Shown: positions 49,269 to 63,304, numbered from the whole stretch's first letter. The stretch: DNA of 63,598 nt, filler included, from Globobulimina sp. (GCA_003354225.1; 40 parts of 40 records of this genome joined end to end with filler, not necessarily neighbours in it); one strand, 5' to 3'. Numbers and translations: made by a program. Notes: a model not told the origin generated them from the sequence alone.

Positions 49269-49377
49269 AAATAATTANNNNNNNNNNNNNNNNNNNNNNN
49301 NNNNNNNNNNNNNNNNNNNNNTTAATTAATTAANNNNNNNNNNNNNNNNNNNNNNNNNNNNNNNNNNNNNNNNNNNN

Positions 49378-50284
49378 TCTATTCAACACAATCTCCACCC
49401 TTCGCATCACCCGTAGTACCAATGAATGACTCCAACATCGTTCCTGACACCACGCATTTTTACTGGTACGTGACGTGGATGTCACTTTGCTGAAATGTCC
49501 AGTTTCATCGGTCTGACCGACATCAGTGCTCCGTTGAAAAGCTCCCGCCGCACTGATAATGCCTGAAAATTAGTAATAAATTTTATCCATTGCAATCTGC
49601 GTAAATTTGTTATATAATACCTTGAGCTTCGATTGCTGTCAAAAAGTTATCAAAGCGTAATATCCACGGATCCCGAGATAAAATTTGCAGCTCCCATTCA
49701 ATTTGATTTTTGTGCATGTTATAGTTTGCTACGACATTTTCAAACAATTTGTTTAAGTCTCCAGGATTTGGCAATACTCTGCTTTGTGCCATGTATTCTT
49801 TGTTGACTGGACAGCGCAATGAATAATTACTTTGTAAATGACAATATTTGCATGTTTTGGCGCAATTAATAACCATATAACCGGGATGTTTCATGCATTC
49901 TCCAAACTGTTTATAGCGGCTACATTCTTGTAACTTATCGTTGCAGTTTTCACACTGTGGGTATTTTTGGGGACAACCTTTTCGTTGATCATTCCAAGAC
50001 AAATCATCGCAGGAATCACAGGATAATGGACAGCTGCGTAGCATTTCAGTGTGGTTTCGTTGGCAATATCCCAAATCTGCCCATTTTTGACAAGATTCAT
50101 GATGATTCGTACATTTATTGTATGATGGAGTGGAGTGTTGTGCTGTGTTTGCAATTGTGTTGTTTGTATTGTCTGAATCTGAGCATTCTTGTTTTGTGTT
50201 AGCTCCACCATCTTCAAATACAATCAATGTGCTAAAAGTAAGGAAGACCAGCACCAATAAAAGTTGGTCTAATGACATTGACAT
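49378..50284 (-). CDS. Prolyl 4-hydroxylase with two ShKT domains; intron at ~49563-49619; 3' partial
   Basis: Signal peptide, CQKWADLGYC..MLRSCPLSC, GECMKHPGYMVINCAKTC, LSRDPWILRFDNFL, next exon FQRSTDVG...RTSKNAWC. Confidence 0.9.
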
Positions 50285-50356
50285 GGTTAAAATGGAAAGC
50301 AGTTTTCTGAAAATACTTCAAATACTTCGCCATCTAGCTTCATCTTCTTGTTTTGC

Positions 50357-50869
50357 ATGAAAAGTAGCAGAATGACTACAGAGAAGTTTGGAGCATGGCA
50401 TAAAGATTGTAAAATTACAAATGTATCCAGGACAGCCATGAATGTATACCAGTGGTGTAACCGTCGAACATGTTATGGCAGTGTTAAAATACCATCAAAC
50501 AACAATGCTGTGGTAACTTGGAAAATTCAAATCAATGGGATTGATATTGGTGGTAATCTTGGATATGTTTGTGTGGGAATTGATTCAATTCAACAAACTG
50601 ATACCTGGTTTTATAAAAATAAACAATCACCAAATTACGGATATGAATGTACCGGAAAGATGTTTGAATTGGGTCAAGTGAAGAATAAGAAACACAAATA
50701 TGGACCGGGTGATTTATTAGAAATGGAATTAAATACTGGTTCAGGATTATTAACTTTTTATAAATATACTGGTAATACAGAAAAACTCTTCCAACATTCA
50801 TTTAAAATTAAAACAGGCCCACAATTAATATATAAATTGGCTATTTATATCAAAAGTGCACGAGTTACC
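50357..50869 (+). CDS. SPRY/B30.2-like domain protein, 3' partial
   Basis: TCYGSVKI, WKIQI, VCVGID, YGYECTG, YGPGDLLEMELN, YKLAI. Confidence 0.7.
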
Positions 50870-50969
50870 NNNNNNNNNNNNNNNNNNNNNNNNNNNNNNN
50901 NNNNNNNNNNNNNTTAATTAATTAANNNNNNNNNNNNNNNNNNNNNNNNNNNNNNNNNNNNNNNNNNNN

Positions 50970-52461
50970 GTACTATATTCTTCTAAACCAGAACACCAAC
51001 ACCAATCACACCCATCAAAATATGACAAACACCCCATTGGACAGTGATTTCCAGCTTTAATTTCACAAATAAAAAAAATTAATTATGCTTAATACTGTAT
51101 TAATTATAAACAGGGAAAACAAATTACAAATAACTTTGAGATGTATCTGTTGCCACTGCTGCCACTGTCGTCTGATTAGAGGTTGTCATTCTTGTGCTTG
51201 ATATTGCAGTCGGTTGCGTCGAACACCGATTCCATTCTGGATCAGCCATCAACAAACATTGTCCACACAGATCCACATAATATGTATCAGACGGTGTTGA
51301 AGCGCAAATACCACGACAATCTTTTCCAAGGCTATTAAAATTTGGATCATTTGCCGTAATACAAAGACCACAGTCATTCAGTTCTTTACCTGAATGTGCA
51401 ACATTATCGCATCCAACACAACTATTCCAAGCACTGTCTGTTGGCGACAAACAGGCGCCACATTCATCGATCTGTTTCACGCCATTACATACCGCCCCAC
51501 AATCTTTACCAAAACTATTGAAATCTAAACGCGTGGAACCTATACACAGGCCACAAGGATTAATCTCAAAAATCCCAAAACATGTTCCAGCGCAATCAAG
51601 TTGCGAATTATCACATGAATTCGAACAAATTGCAGGCTGCGTCCCATTGATGAATGACTGACAAATTGCTCTCAATATCGCACAGGTTTGAATAGTGACT
51701 GGTGATGGACAATGAATGGATGTGCTGTCAAACCAAAATTTATTTAATTTCATCATTGGTAGACTGACATCACTGACTGCACTATGTATTGAGAAGTCCA
51801 CTAATTCCGCTTCGAAAAGCGTATTGTTGCCGTTTGTATATCCATAACCTCCCGATGACGCAATACAGTTTGTAACAAATTGTGATAATGTTGTGGTAGC
51901 ATCCAAGCTGTCCATTTGCAGAAATGAACAAGTCGTCCAATTTTGTGTAGAAGTTCCAATACCGCAGTTCGTATGCCTTTATTTGTAATTTTGTATTATC
52001 CAAAAAAATAATTTGTGTGAACAGACCATAGCGTGGTGTAATTCCACCATAACATATATCCCAACTGATTATCCATTACATATTCTCTTACACACATCGA
52101 ACGTAAATTTTCTTGGACGACATCAGTCCCTACGGAAGGAAGGAAGGAAGGAAGGAAGTTTTATTTGGGGGTCAATTAAAAAATGATGAACCATTAACAT
52201 ACCGTCAAAACCAACGGACAAATCATACTCTGGATCAACTGCACAATATCGCCCGTTGTTGCTGCATTGTCGCTTGCATGACAACCCGACATTGTCACAT
52301 CCCCATTGAGCTCCATCCAATATATGAAGATATGGCGTGAACACAGCACTATTTTCCTGCTGCAAAGCCATTGCAATCTGTGCATGTAAGTACATATTAA
52401 ATATATATATATATATGTCAATTGTCCAGAGTATATGTATCAAAACTTGAGTAAAATTGTT
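50970..52461 (-). CDS. Vacuolar sorting receptor (BP-80/VSR)-like protein with DCxGxCxG/DxCGxC repeats, multi-exon
   Basis: FTPYLHI..CKRQCSNNGRYCAVDPE.DL..GFDG, VVQENLR, AILRAIC..F, Cys-rich repeats and a terminal TM exon. Confidence 0.8.
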
Positions 52462-52561
52462 NNNNNNNNNNNNNNNNNNNNNNNNNNNNNNNNNNNNNNN
52501 NNNNNTTAATTAATTAANNNNNNNNNNNNNNNNNNNNNNNNNNNNNNNNNNNNNNNNNNNN

Positions 52562-54052
52562 AGAATGGAATGAAAAGAGTGCCAGGAATATGCGATATGG
52601 ACAGCCAAAAAAAGGAATGCAAACGAACAAATTGCAGATTCGCACATCCATGGAACGAAGCCAACGCCAAGAAAGAGCCAAAGATCCCATGACATCTCTG
52701 TCCGTGTGTCTAAGTTAAATGTGGCTTCTACATACTTTAAACTAGAAATAAAAAACTTGATTTAAAAAACCTAAACTCACCTCTCCTTCTCCTCCTCACC
52801 TAGCAACCGCACATATATAAATAAAAATAACATAAACCCGACCCGACATACAAATGCCTAAAGGTCGAGTAAGCAAAACAATCCGTAGAAGATCGACCGA
52901 CAATATATCAAATCGCAACGGTGTGATAGTCGACGATAATGGAAACATCATTGCATGGACGGACGCGAGATTGGCGAGAATGACGAGACCTAATTCCTTC
53001 GCCAATAACAACCAAAGCGCGAGACCCCGACGATCCAGACGTGAACAGAAAGAGGAGAAGGAAGAGAAGAAGCAAACGGAGGAGAAGAAGGAGTCACCGC
53101 GCGAGCGACGCCATCGATTAAAACAAGAGCAAATCGTGTCGATACCACACGGTTTTTGGGGGATAGAGGATAAATGGAAGATCCAAATCACCGCACCGCC
53201 CGTAATTTATGACTCCAAAGACGGACCATGGTCAAATGCAATTCGAAAGGACCATACTCCTTTGTGATGTTTGAAAGGACCATACTCCTAGTCGGAGGCA
53301 AGAGAGTGTCGCGAGAATTGAACAAAAGCCAGTGTGCGAATTGTGGACGAGGATCGGTGCGGGAGACTGGCGATCCACGGTATTGGGATCGAACATGATG
53401 ATCTGACAAATCCCGAATTTGGTTGAAGCCAACTATGGTTTCCATAACTCGTCCATCAAAACGAGACATAACATCATCCATTGTACTGCTGCCGATAAAT
53501 GGAAGAGGAAAGTTAGGAGCAATACATGGTCGACATAAAAGGGAAAAGGAAGAAAGAAAAGTGTCATAATCGGCACACATTTGACTAATCTATATAAATA
53601 TTGCGTTTTATACATAATTCCTATTATTATACAATAATTAATTTTTCTCGCAGTTATAAATTATACGCATACAAATCAATAATCATTCCTTGCACTCAGA
53701 TCTCAAAATAAACAGAGAACGGACATAACTCAGCTATGCCCGCAGTACACTCAAAACAGTTCGTCCATGATAAAAAATATCAAGACGACAGCCCAGCCGT
53801 GCTTAACCACAAACGCATAAAACCAATACTGCAAGAACTAAACAGAATAACTCCGAATACACAAAGAGTTGATTGGTTCAAAGGTCAAATTTGGTGGAAA
53901 TACGGATTAAAATACCATCCTGACCCACAACGAGTTGACCAAGTGATTGAATACAATACCCTCGGATGGCCAGTCACAAAAAACGAAATTGTCTGCGATG
54001 GAACAGAGCAAAACTATAAAGCCTCCATCGCTGAAATCGAAGCAGGGCTCAA
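52562..54052 (+). mobile_element. Probable second YR (DIRS/Ngaro-type) retrotransposon fragment: CCCH-finger ORF end (52564-52692), intervening ORF (52854-~53538) and RT ORF start (53736 onward)
   Basis: CDMDSQKKECKRTNCRFAH is C-x8-C-x4-C-x3-H. WKYGLKYHPDPQRVDQVIEYNTLGWPV...QNYKAS matches the pre-RT motif WxxxLxxHPD..V....GW/F...N..S of YR elements. Confidence 0.6.
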
Positions 54053-54152
54053 NNNNNNNNNNNNNNNNNNNNNNNNNNNNNNNNNNNNNNNNNNNNTTAA
54101 TTAATTAANNNNNNNNNNNNNNNNNNNNNNNNNNNNNNNNNNNNNNNNNNNN

Positions 54153-54301
54153 TCAACAAAAATATTGACAGATGTAACTAGTGTCGAATCGTTAATAATA
54201 GTATTATTTGTTATCGCATTATGTTTGCTTTGTGCTGAAATCAGGTTTGCAAAAAGCAGGAAAACAGATATTAGGATTGAAAGGTAAAGTTTGAAATTCA
54301 T
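54153..54301 (-). CDS. Bacterial secreted protein N-terminus (Bacteroidetes-type signal peptide), partial
   Basis: MNFKLYLSILISVFLLFANLISA-Q, located downstream of yihY. Confidence 0.55.
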
Positions 54302-54422
54302 TGATTTGTTATTAATTGATTTTTGTGTGCTTTACTGTTATAGTGACATGAATGGAAGCCTGATAATCCGACCATCAATTTATTCTTCTTATCTGCAAAG
54401 CCTGAGTAATTGGCTCGACATA

Positions 54423-55524
<1,102 letters not shown>

Positions 55525-55743
55525 TCAGATGATTGGATGAAAGAAAAGGGATTTCTGTAGAAATGCTAAATTCTAAATGTTAAGTTTTGAATGAAAAACA
55601 TTAACAACGAAGAAAACGAATTCAACGAATTAAAAAAAATAACNNNNNNNNNNNNNNNNNNNNNNNNNNNNNNNNNNNNNNNNNNNNTTAATTAATTAAN
55701 NNNNNNNNNNNNNNNNNNNNNNNNNNNNNNNNNNNNNNNNNNN

Positions 55744-57234
55744 GTTTGCATAACTACCAAAAACGGGAAAAAAATACCACTCATCAAACAGCACATGGTG
55801 CGATATAATATTACGCCTTTTGGTCTTTTTAGTTGCCAGTGATGCACAGAAGCAATGGGTCCACCAACAACCTGTCTTTTTTCTGCGCGCTGCAAGGAAG
55901 TCGCATATCGGCCAATGCTGATCGATGATGCACTGTTTTGGCGACTTGATGTTATATTACTATGATAGTGTTTATTTTGGTCGATTTTTCTCAAAACAAA
56001 CGGTTGATGTGTTATGTTGTAAGCTAATGTGGCGGATACGGTGTAAATTGTAGAATTTGGCACTTTTATCATACCGCAACAGATACGAGAATCCGAAATA
56101 TATTTATTTTGTAAGGCAGATTTTTTCATTTGATATATGGACCACAATATTTGCACTAAATTAGTCATTCGGGGACTGGATTGCTTATAATTGATATGGA
56201 ATATTTGTGAAGGATCACCCTCTGCAGTTGGATAAATATGAAATCGCAAATGTTTACATCGCGCGCCCAGCCATTCAAATATTTTCTTATTTTTCTCTCG
56301 TAATCTTGTAGTCAATGGGGTCTTACTAATACCAATCAGTAACACTGCAAAGCGCAAATCAACGCCTTCTTCATCTTTCCGATGTGTGTTACTAACTAAT
56401 TGACGTATGCCTGACTCGACGGATAATAAAAACTTTACAGTTTCATCCACATTCATCAGTTTTTTGTTACTTTCTTCTTCTTCTTCTTTCTTCATTTCAT
56501 TTTTATGGACGTATCGATCATTTTGTAATGCGTACATCGCGATAATTACTTCCGACGATAGCATGCATTTTAAGATGGAATTTAAAAATCTAACATCACC
56601 TTTATACAGTATTAGTATTTCAAAATAAATGAACAGAATATTAAAGCAAAAATAATGACAAACCGACAGTATCCCACAGCTTAAATTTTACTCTCAAAAT
56701 AGGATCCCATCGACGATAACCTGCCATGCGTTGATTATAAATTTATTTTTTTTAAAAAATAAACAAAACAATTAACTAAACAGTCTATCATATTATATCT
56801 ATCGTAATCTAATAATTCTGCATTATCCAAATATGATAATCGTTTCATTGCTGATCCTCTTCGTTGCGGACCAGATTTTTTCTTATATTTTGGTTGAACT
56901 TTACATTGCAACAAAAAAAACACAGGTTCCAATATACATAATTAAGTGATATATAACATACCATCAGAAATGTCCAATTTCCATAAAGATCGAATCAATA
57001 ATGTTTTCCCAACACCTTCGCCACCGATAATCGTAGCTTCCACAGACTGCCATGATTTGTTCCCTTCCCTCCGTCCATACTCATACATGGTCGCTTGTGC
57101 TTTTTCATTGTCATCCACTTGTTTCAAGTCATTTAAATTGTGAATGTTAAACCGAGCTGTTAATGTTTCCTCTTTTTGTTTTTCAGAGTCGAGATTGGTT
57201 AACTTTAATTCTGTAGCATTCCGATCATGAATGG
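55744..57234 (-). CDS. Divergent Ras-superfamily small-GTPase-domain protein, multi-exon
   Basis: IIGGEGVGKTLLI (P-loop) and VKFKLWDTVG (G3-like). Confidence 0.6.
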
Positions 57235-57334
57235 NNNNNNNNNNNNNNNNNNNNNNNNNNNNNNNNNNNNNNNNNNNNTTAATTAATTAANNNNNNNNNN
57301 NNNNNNNNNNNNNNNNNNNNNNNNNNNNNNNNNN

Positions 57335-58261
57335 TTTCATTTGTTTTGTTGTTTGTTTCTTTTGTAATGCAATGAGTTTACTTTTCGTCCTTTTTGAGCC
57401 TCTCAACATTTCTTTTTTAACACTGTTTTGTTTTATCTTTGCTTTTTCTCGTTTTTTCTGTGCAGATTTTAAATTTTGTGTTTCTGACTGCAATGATTTT
57501 ATATCTTTTCTTAATTTGTTAGATTGTGCTTTGAGTTGATTTGTGTCAAAAGTTATGCTCTCACTATTATCAAATATCGATAATGATTGGCATGATTCAC
57601 TCGATTCACTTGTCTCTGATGTATACGTCGGCGTTGTTGCTTTAATTAATGCATTAATACAATTTTTATTATTGTGGCTTTGTGCTATCTCCAATGCAAG
57701 TTTGTTATCTTTGGATTTGATTGTTTTATCAGCTCCCATTCTTAATAAATATTTGACTGCTTTGGTTCTTCCACTATATGCAGCTGAATGTAATGCTGTC
57801 ATTCCCAACAAATCACGTTGATCCATGTTTGCTGTGTATACAAATATGACTTTTATAGGTATCTTAATAAAGGAATATGTACAGTACACACCGTTATGTT
57901 TTAATAATAATGTAATCATTCTAGTTTGCCCAGAAGTTGCTGCCCAATGCATTGCAGTCGTACCATATGAATCAATGCCATTGACTGTAGCACCAAATCC
58001 GATTAATAATGACGCCGTCATACAATTGCCTCGTGATGCGGCAATATGTAACAATGGCAATTGTAATTGTAATGGACCACCACGTTCATTAAATTCACAC
58101 CAAATTGACATATTTGCATTGATAATTCCATTGTTGATCATGAGAATTTTAGTTAATTGTTGAATGTCTGAGTTATTAATTGTATCTAAGATATTATCGT
58201 TCTCTGGATTTCTATGTGTAGCAAATGGTAACAATATAAGCAACTTTTGTTTGATAAACAT
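57335..58261 (-). CDS. Ankyrin-repeat protein with coiled-coil tail
   Basis: LLHIAASRG, GTTAMHWAATSG, GMTALHSAAYSG. Confidence 0.92.
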
Positions 58262-58925
58262 ACAATAACAAACCGAAAGAGGGCAGCCATTGCACAGAAA
58301 AAGTTCACAAGAAGCGCTTTTTGCTTTGGATTAGAAAACAGCGTAAATAAATCTTTTTAACTGACAATTAAAACATGTAATTCAGTTAAAAGCTAAACCT
58401 CTCAACCTCTGACATAAATGCATTACTTTCAATCAACCGGACCACTACGAAGTGTATTTGTATGCTTATCAAATGCTGTGACTTATCCAATCAATCATCG
58501 AGCATCCATTAACTATAAATGATATAAAGGAGCAGTTATAAAGGAGATAAAGGATAATATTGGATGGAAATGATGATTTTATGATGATTTATGTGTGCAA
58601 TTTGAAATTGATATATATATGATTCTGGCAAGCGAATTTTTGTATTTTTCATATTGAAGCATTATTTTTTATTGTTTGCAATCAGGAACAGAGAGAATGG
58701 GATTTTTTGTAATAAAACATGGTGCTGCCAATAGATTTTTGATAAATGTTAAAAGTCCGAAACACACAAAACAACCAATCCAAAATCAATCAAAAATCAA
58801 TCTCACCCTCAATTTTCGAATTAATNNNNNNNNNNNNNNNNNNNNNNNNNNNNNNNNNNNNNNNNNNNNTTAATTAATTAANNNNNNNNNNNNNNNNNNN
58901 NNNNNNNNNNNNNNNNNNNNNNNNN

Positions 58926-60370
58926 CAATATATTTTTGAATAATATTTCCAAACTCAATCTCTTTATTTTTAAATAAACTCAATGTAATTAATTCTTGTT
59001 CCAAATGAGATATTGTATGAATTGCCGACAATTCCATATTAATGTTAATATTATTTGGATTTCCAATCATTGATTTTGAATTATTATTCATTGCTGTTAA
59101 TAATTCTGAAAATTTTAATGATAATTTACCGATTTCATTGCCGTTATTATTGTTGTGATTATTATTATTATTATGATTGATGGACAATTTTCGTTGATTA
59201 GAGAGTGGATATTTGTCATCGCAGATTCTCAACCAACAATTTAATGATTGTTGATATGTAAAAATATATCCATTTGATAATGTTAATATTATTTTGCCAT
59301 TATTTGTAATAAATCCATTTTTTAATGAAATCTCTTTTTTGTTTTTCTTATTTTTCAACAATAAATTCGAGATATTTGTTTGTAATATTTGTGTTGGTTC
59401 AAATCCATTCATGTTTTTATTTAATTTCCATTGCCTCAATGTACAGTCATTTGTAATAATTAATAAATAAATATCTTCATTTTCAATTAAACTTTGCGTA
59501 AATACTTTGGTTAAAAAAAGGAACACAATTTCCTCCTCAATTTGAATCGGTGTAATCACTAAAATGCCATTATTATCAAAACAATATAATTCACCATCTG
59601 AACTGCCACAAATTGTCCATTGTTCATTACAAACACACTGAGTGATAAAACTTGGTATCTCTGTCTGCCACAATAACCTCTCATTGCCATTGATGACTAC
59701 AAACTGTTTAAATTCACAAACTCTCTCTTTCGAATTGTTCAAATTCTCTTTATTCACTCCAGATATCTTAAAAATACCTCTCTCTCTGTCATTATTAAAG
59801 GTAATTTCAAACATTATCTTTTCATTATGGTCAATCTTAATTAATTTCTCATTATATTTTCTTTTTTTTTTACGCGGCTCATTACCATTATTGTCCTCTT
59901 TATCTTTTTCTCGATTTCTTTTTTCTTTCTTTTTTTTCACTTTCTTTTTTCGAATACTCAGTGTTTCATTTTCATGTTGATGTATCTTCTTATTTTTGTT
60001 ATTTTTATTATTATTATTTGATGCATTATAATTATTATTATGTAACAAAGGACTAACAACAGGATTTGATACATATTCATTGCGCCCAATATTTGAATTT
60101 GAATTGGTTTCTCTTTGCGTGGCGTAATAATCAGTAATATTGACAGGCGCTCTTTGTTTGCCTTCAATCGCATTGAATTTAATATATTTCGCAAAATTTA
60201 TATCCAAATTTATTTCCACATCTTCACGAGGACCAAATGCACTTTCCGATGGAATAAATTCATGATCAGAACAGTTTGATTCTTGATCCATTTTCGTATC
60301 GTCAACACTTGCACTCACAACTGATTTATTTGATTCTTGTCTGGCTTTAATTTGATTAAATTTGAACTCA
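58926..60370 (-). CDS. HIRA: Histone chaperone HIRA, C-terminal Hira domain, partial
   Basis: LLWQTEI..CGSSDGELY..NG, ITNNGKIILTLSNGYIFTYQQSLNCWLRICD, TISHLEQEL. Confidence 0.85.
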
Positions 60371-61101
60371 TTACCTAAAGTAATATTATTCCGTATATTT
60401 TTCTGTATATTTTCATNNNNNNNNNNNNNNNNNNNNNNNNNNNNNNNNNNNNNNNNNNNNTTAATTAATTAANNNNNNNNNNNNNNNNNNNNNNNNNNNN
60501 NNNNNNNNNNNNNNNNTAATTTAAGTATTTTCCACAAAATGGACAGTCATCACATGCTGCTTCACAAAGTCTCTTATGTTTAAATATATATATTCAATTA
60601 TCACCAAAAGTTGAAGTCAGATCACCACAATGAAAATTAGCGCAACAGTTGTGTCTGCAGTGTGGTGCTTGCGTTGAGAATACTTGTTCTTGAAAATACT
60701 GGCAACAACGTGAAAATACTGGCATGCAACGTAAACGTAGACCATCAGTGAATTTTGTCCATACAGTGAATTTTGATCGACATTTATGTGTCAGAATTAT
60801 TTTATTAGTTTCATGGGAAAAAATAACACAAACCAAAACACCACAAATTCTATTCATTAAAAAAAATGCATCAAATTCATCCATAATATCCATATATTTG
60901 TCATCCAAATACCATCATCCGATGACATTAAGTTTAAAGTTGAAAACCTTTTTTTAGAATAAAAATAAAAAAAAATGGGTGCTCTGAATAGCATATAAGG
61001 TGGAAATTCGTTAGTTTTTATACATATTCATGTTTGACCATTCAGATTTTTTAGCAAAACAATTGTGATCGGAATTTAAAGTCTGCAACATGCTATAATT
61101 G

Positions 61102-62007
61102 CTATTCAATGATCTCACCATACAAAGCCTTCAAGACATTCCATAGAGTTTCATTGTATTTACCATCCATTTCCCGAACCACTTTCAAAATATTATCCAC
61201 ATTACTGGACCATTTATAACGTTTCCATTCTATTTTATAATCTTTCGGGAAAAAATCGATTTGATATCCGTTTGCATTATTTTTCCGTGGCAATGGTTGG
61301 TCGCTCATATTCTTACACCCTAAAAACGATGTTATTTTATACCATTGCTCACTGTATGCCATTTTGAGTGACTCTACGCCCAAATTAACAACCAATAAAT
61401 CATGCAATCTGCCTCTTTGTGTAAAATAATCAATTACATTTTGGTTATGCAGTTCATATTGTCTTGCCAGTAGCATCCAAAATTCTTCCCAGCTGACATG
61501 AACTCCAAATTTGGGTTTGTACTCAGTTAACTTACTAAAGTTTTTAAAATCATACTGAAAACTTTCATCAATTTGTTTCATGGCCTTCCACCTTCTCACA
61601 AACATTTTCATATTAGAATTTACAACATCTCTGCTTGAATTCCTGACCAATAAAATAAATTTGCTATGCGTTGCTGGTATTAATTGATCATACATTGGGT
61701 ACAAGAATGGCCACGGCGCGTCCATGAATACTTGCGAGTTAACAAGTGTTTCTACAAAATCTTTATGCAGTGATTTAGAATGAAATAACCATGAAATGTC
61801 GTCAGGTGCGACCAACAGTGGCAATAATCCTCCTTTTTTATAGTAATGTTCCAAGACATAATCGCGGCATGAATCCATTCGCTGTTGGGAGCATTTATAG
61901 CCAAATGTTGTTTGCAACACATGTCTCATTGTTGTTGTACCAGTTTTGGAAACTCCTAACACAAACACTTTGCCTCGGAAACTGCAACGATGAAACCAAT
62001 CACCTTC
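61102..62007 (-). CDS. Sulfotransferase-family (PAPS-binding) protein, 5' partial
   Basis: VFVLGVSKTGTTTM, FMDAPW, SKFILLVR, HNQNVIDYF, W..ITSFLG. Confidence 0.85.
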   Translation of the reverse strand, partial: EGDWFHRCSFRGKVFVLGVSKTGTTTMRHVLQTTFGYKCSQQRMDSCRDYVLEHYYKKGGLLPLLVAPDDISWLFHSKSLHKDFVETLVNSQVFMDAPWPFLYPMYDQLIPATHSKFILLVRNSSRDVVNSNMKMFVRRWKAMKQIDESFQYDFKNFSKLTEYKPKFGVHVSWEEFWMLLARQYELHNQNVIDYFTQRGRLHDLLVVNLGVESLKMAYSEQWYKITSFLGCKNMSDQPLPRKNNANGYQIDFFPKDYKIEWKRYKWSSNVDNILKVVREMDGKYNETLWNVLKALYGEIIE

Positions 62008-62107
62008 NNNNNNNNNNNNNNNNNNNNNNNNNNNNNNNNNNNNNNNNNNNNTTAATTAATTAANNNNNNNNNNNNNNNNNNNNNNNNNNNNNNNNNNNNN
62101 NNNNNNN

Positions 62108-63304
62108 ACGACTCTCATGAGGATGTTAACATTGCTAAATATGATGATAAATATGCATTAGAAGGTCGTTCATTTTGGTGTGGTTTAGGTGCATTAAAAT
62201 GGTATTTTCTTGAATTTAAATGTGATGCTACAGAAGAAATTACATCAATCGGAGACACATACAATTCATGCAAGGCATACAAGTGTCTCAACGACGTATT
62301 CAAACGGAGATACCATTGCACTCAATCAATTATTTAATTTTGATGTTATAACTTCTCTGCATTATCTAAAACAAAAACTATGGTGGTTTGGTTATCTCAC
62401 TTTTGCAGCAGGTTCAAGTATCACAAGTGTTGCATTTGCGTTCGGACCGTCATCTTTAATCTTACCCATAGAATCAGTATCACTTGTTTTCAATGCTATT
62501 TTAGGCGCAAAATATTTGGATGAAAGTTTACATAAAAAAGATTACATAGGAATTGCATTAATAATGATAAGCATTATTCTATGCGCAATATTTGGACCGA
62601 AAGGTACAAACAGAGATTATTCATCTGACGATTTGGCAGATAAATTCGACGGCACTCGCTTTCTCATTTTTGTGTTTATTTATTCTTTTGTAGTGCTCGC
62701 TAATTACATAACGATGAAGTTACACATAATTCAAAAGGACGTATTTTTTGTAATCACATTCATTAATATCGCATCTTATTTCGGTGCATGGTGTACTTTG
62801 GTGGTCAAATCTGTGGCAGAAATTGTCAAATCTACAGTTAATGGTCATAGTTTCGCAGAAAATTTCAAGCATTCGTTATTTTATATTGTGATAAGTATTT
62901 GGATTGTTGGTGTTTTGGGTGTTGAGTATTGGAGGTTTGTTTTCCTTTTCATGTTTTTTTATGTTTCTGTAGTTATTTTGCATCCAATCAATACAATACA
63001 TAGACAGAAAGCATTGGCATTATATTTTTCTACTTATGTTAGTTCTTTGTACCGTATATTTATTCTCATCGGGAGTATATTGTTTGGCGCATTTTTCTTT
63101 AATGATTTTAAGAACAGCACAGATCTAGAAATCATTGCATTCCTCTTTTTCGTCGGTATCTCTGTCTCTGGTGTTTATATATTGGCTCAAGAAATAAATG
63201 AACATGAAGCAGAACGAAGGTCAACCATTACTAATCTATCTGGCTATGAAATGAGTGTGATTGAATCCCAAATAAGTGTGGTTGATATAACATATTCTGT
63301 TTAA
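62108..63304 (+). CDS. NIPA-family magnesium transporter, multi-exon
   Basis: LNVMLQKKLH, YLKQKLWWFG, AFAFGPSSLILPIESVSLVFNAILG..YLDE, GAFFFNDF. Confidence 0.9.

Noticed and set aside
52854-53267. Arg-rich N-terminus as a CRESS-DNA virus capsid
   Set aside because: No Rep motifs or nonanucleotide stem-loop were seen, and the flanking ORFs fit a YR retrotransposon better.
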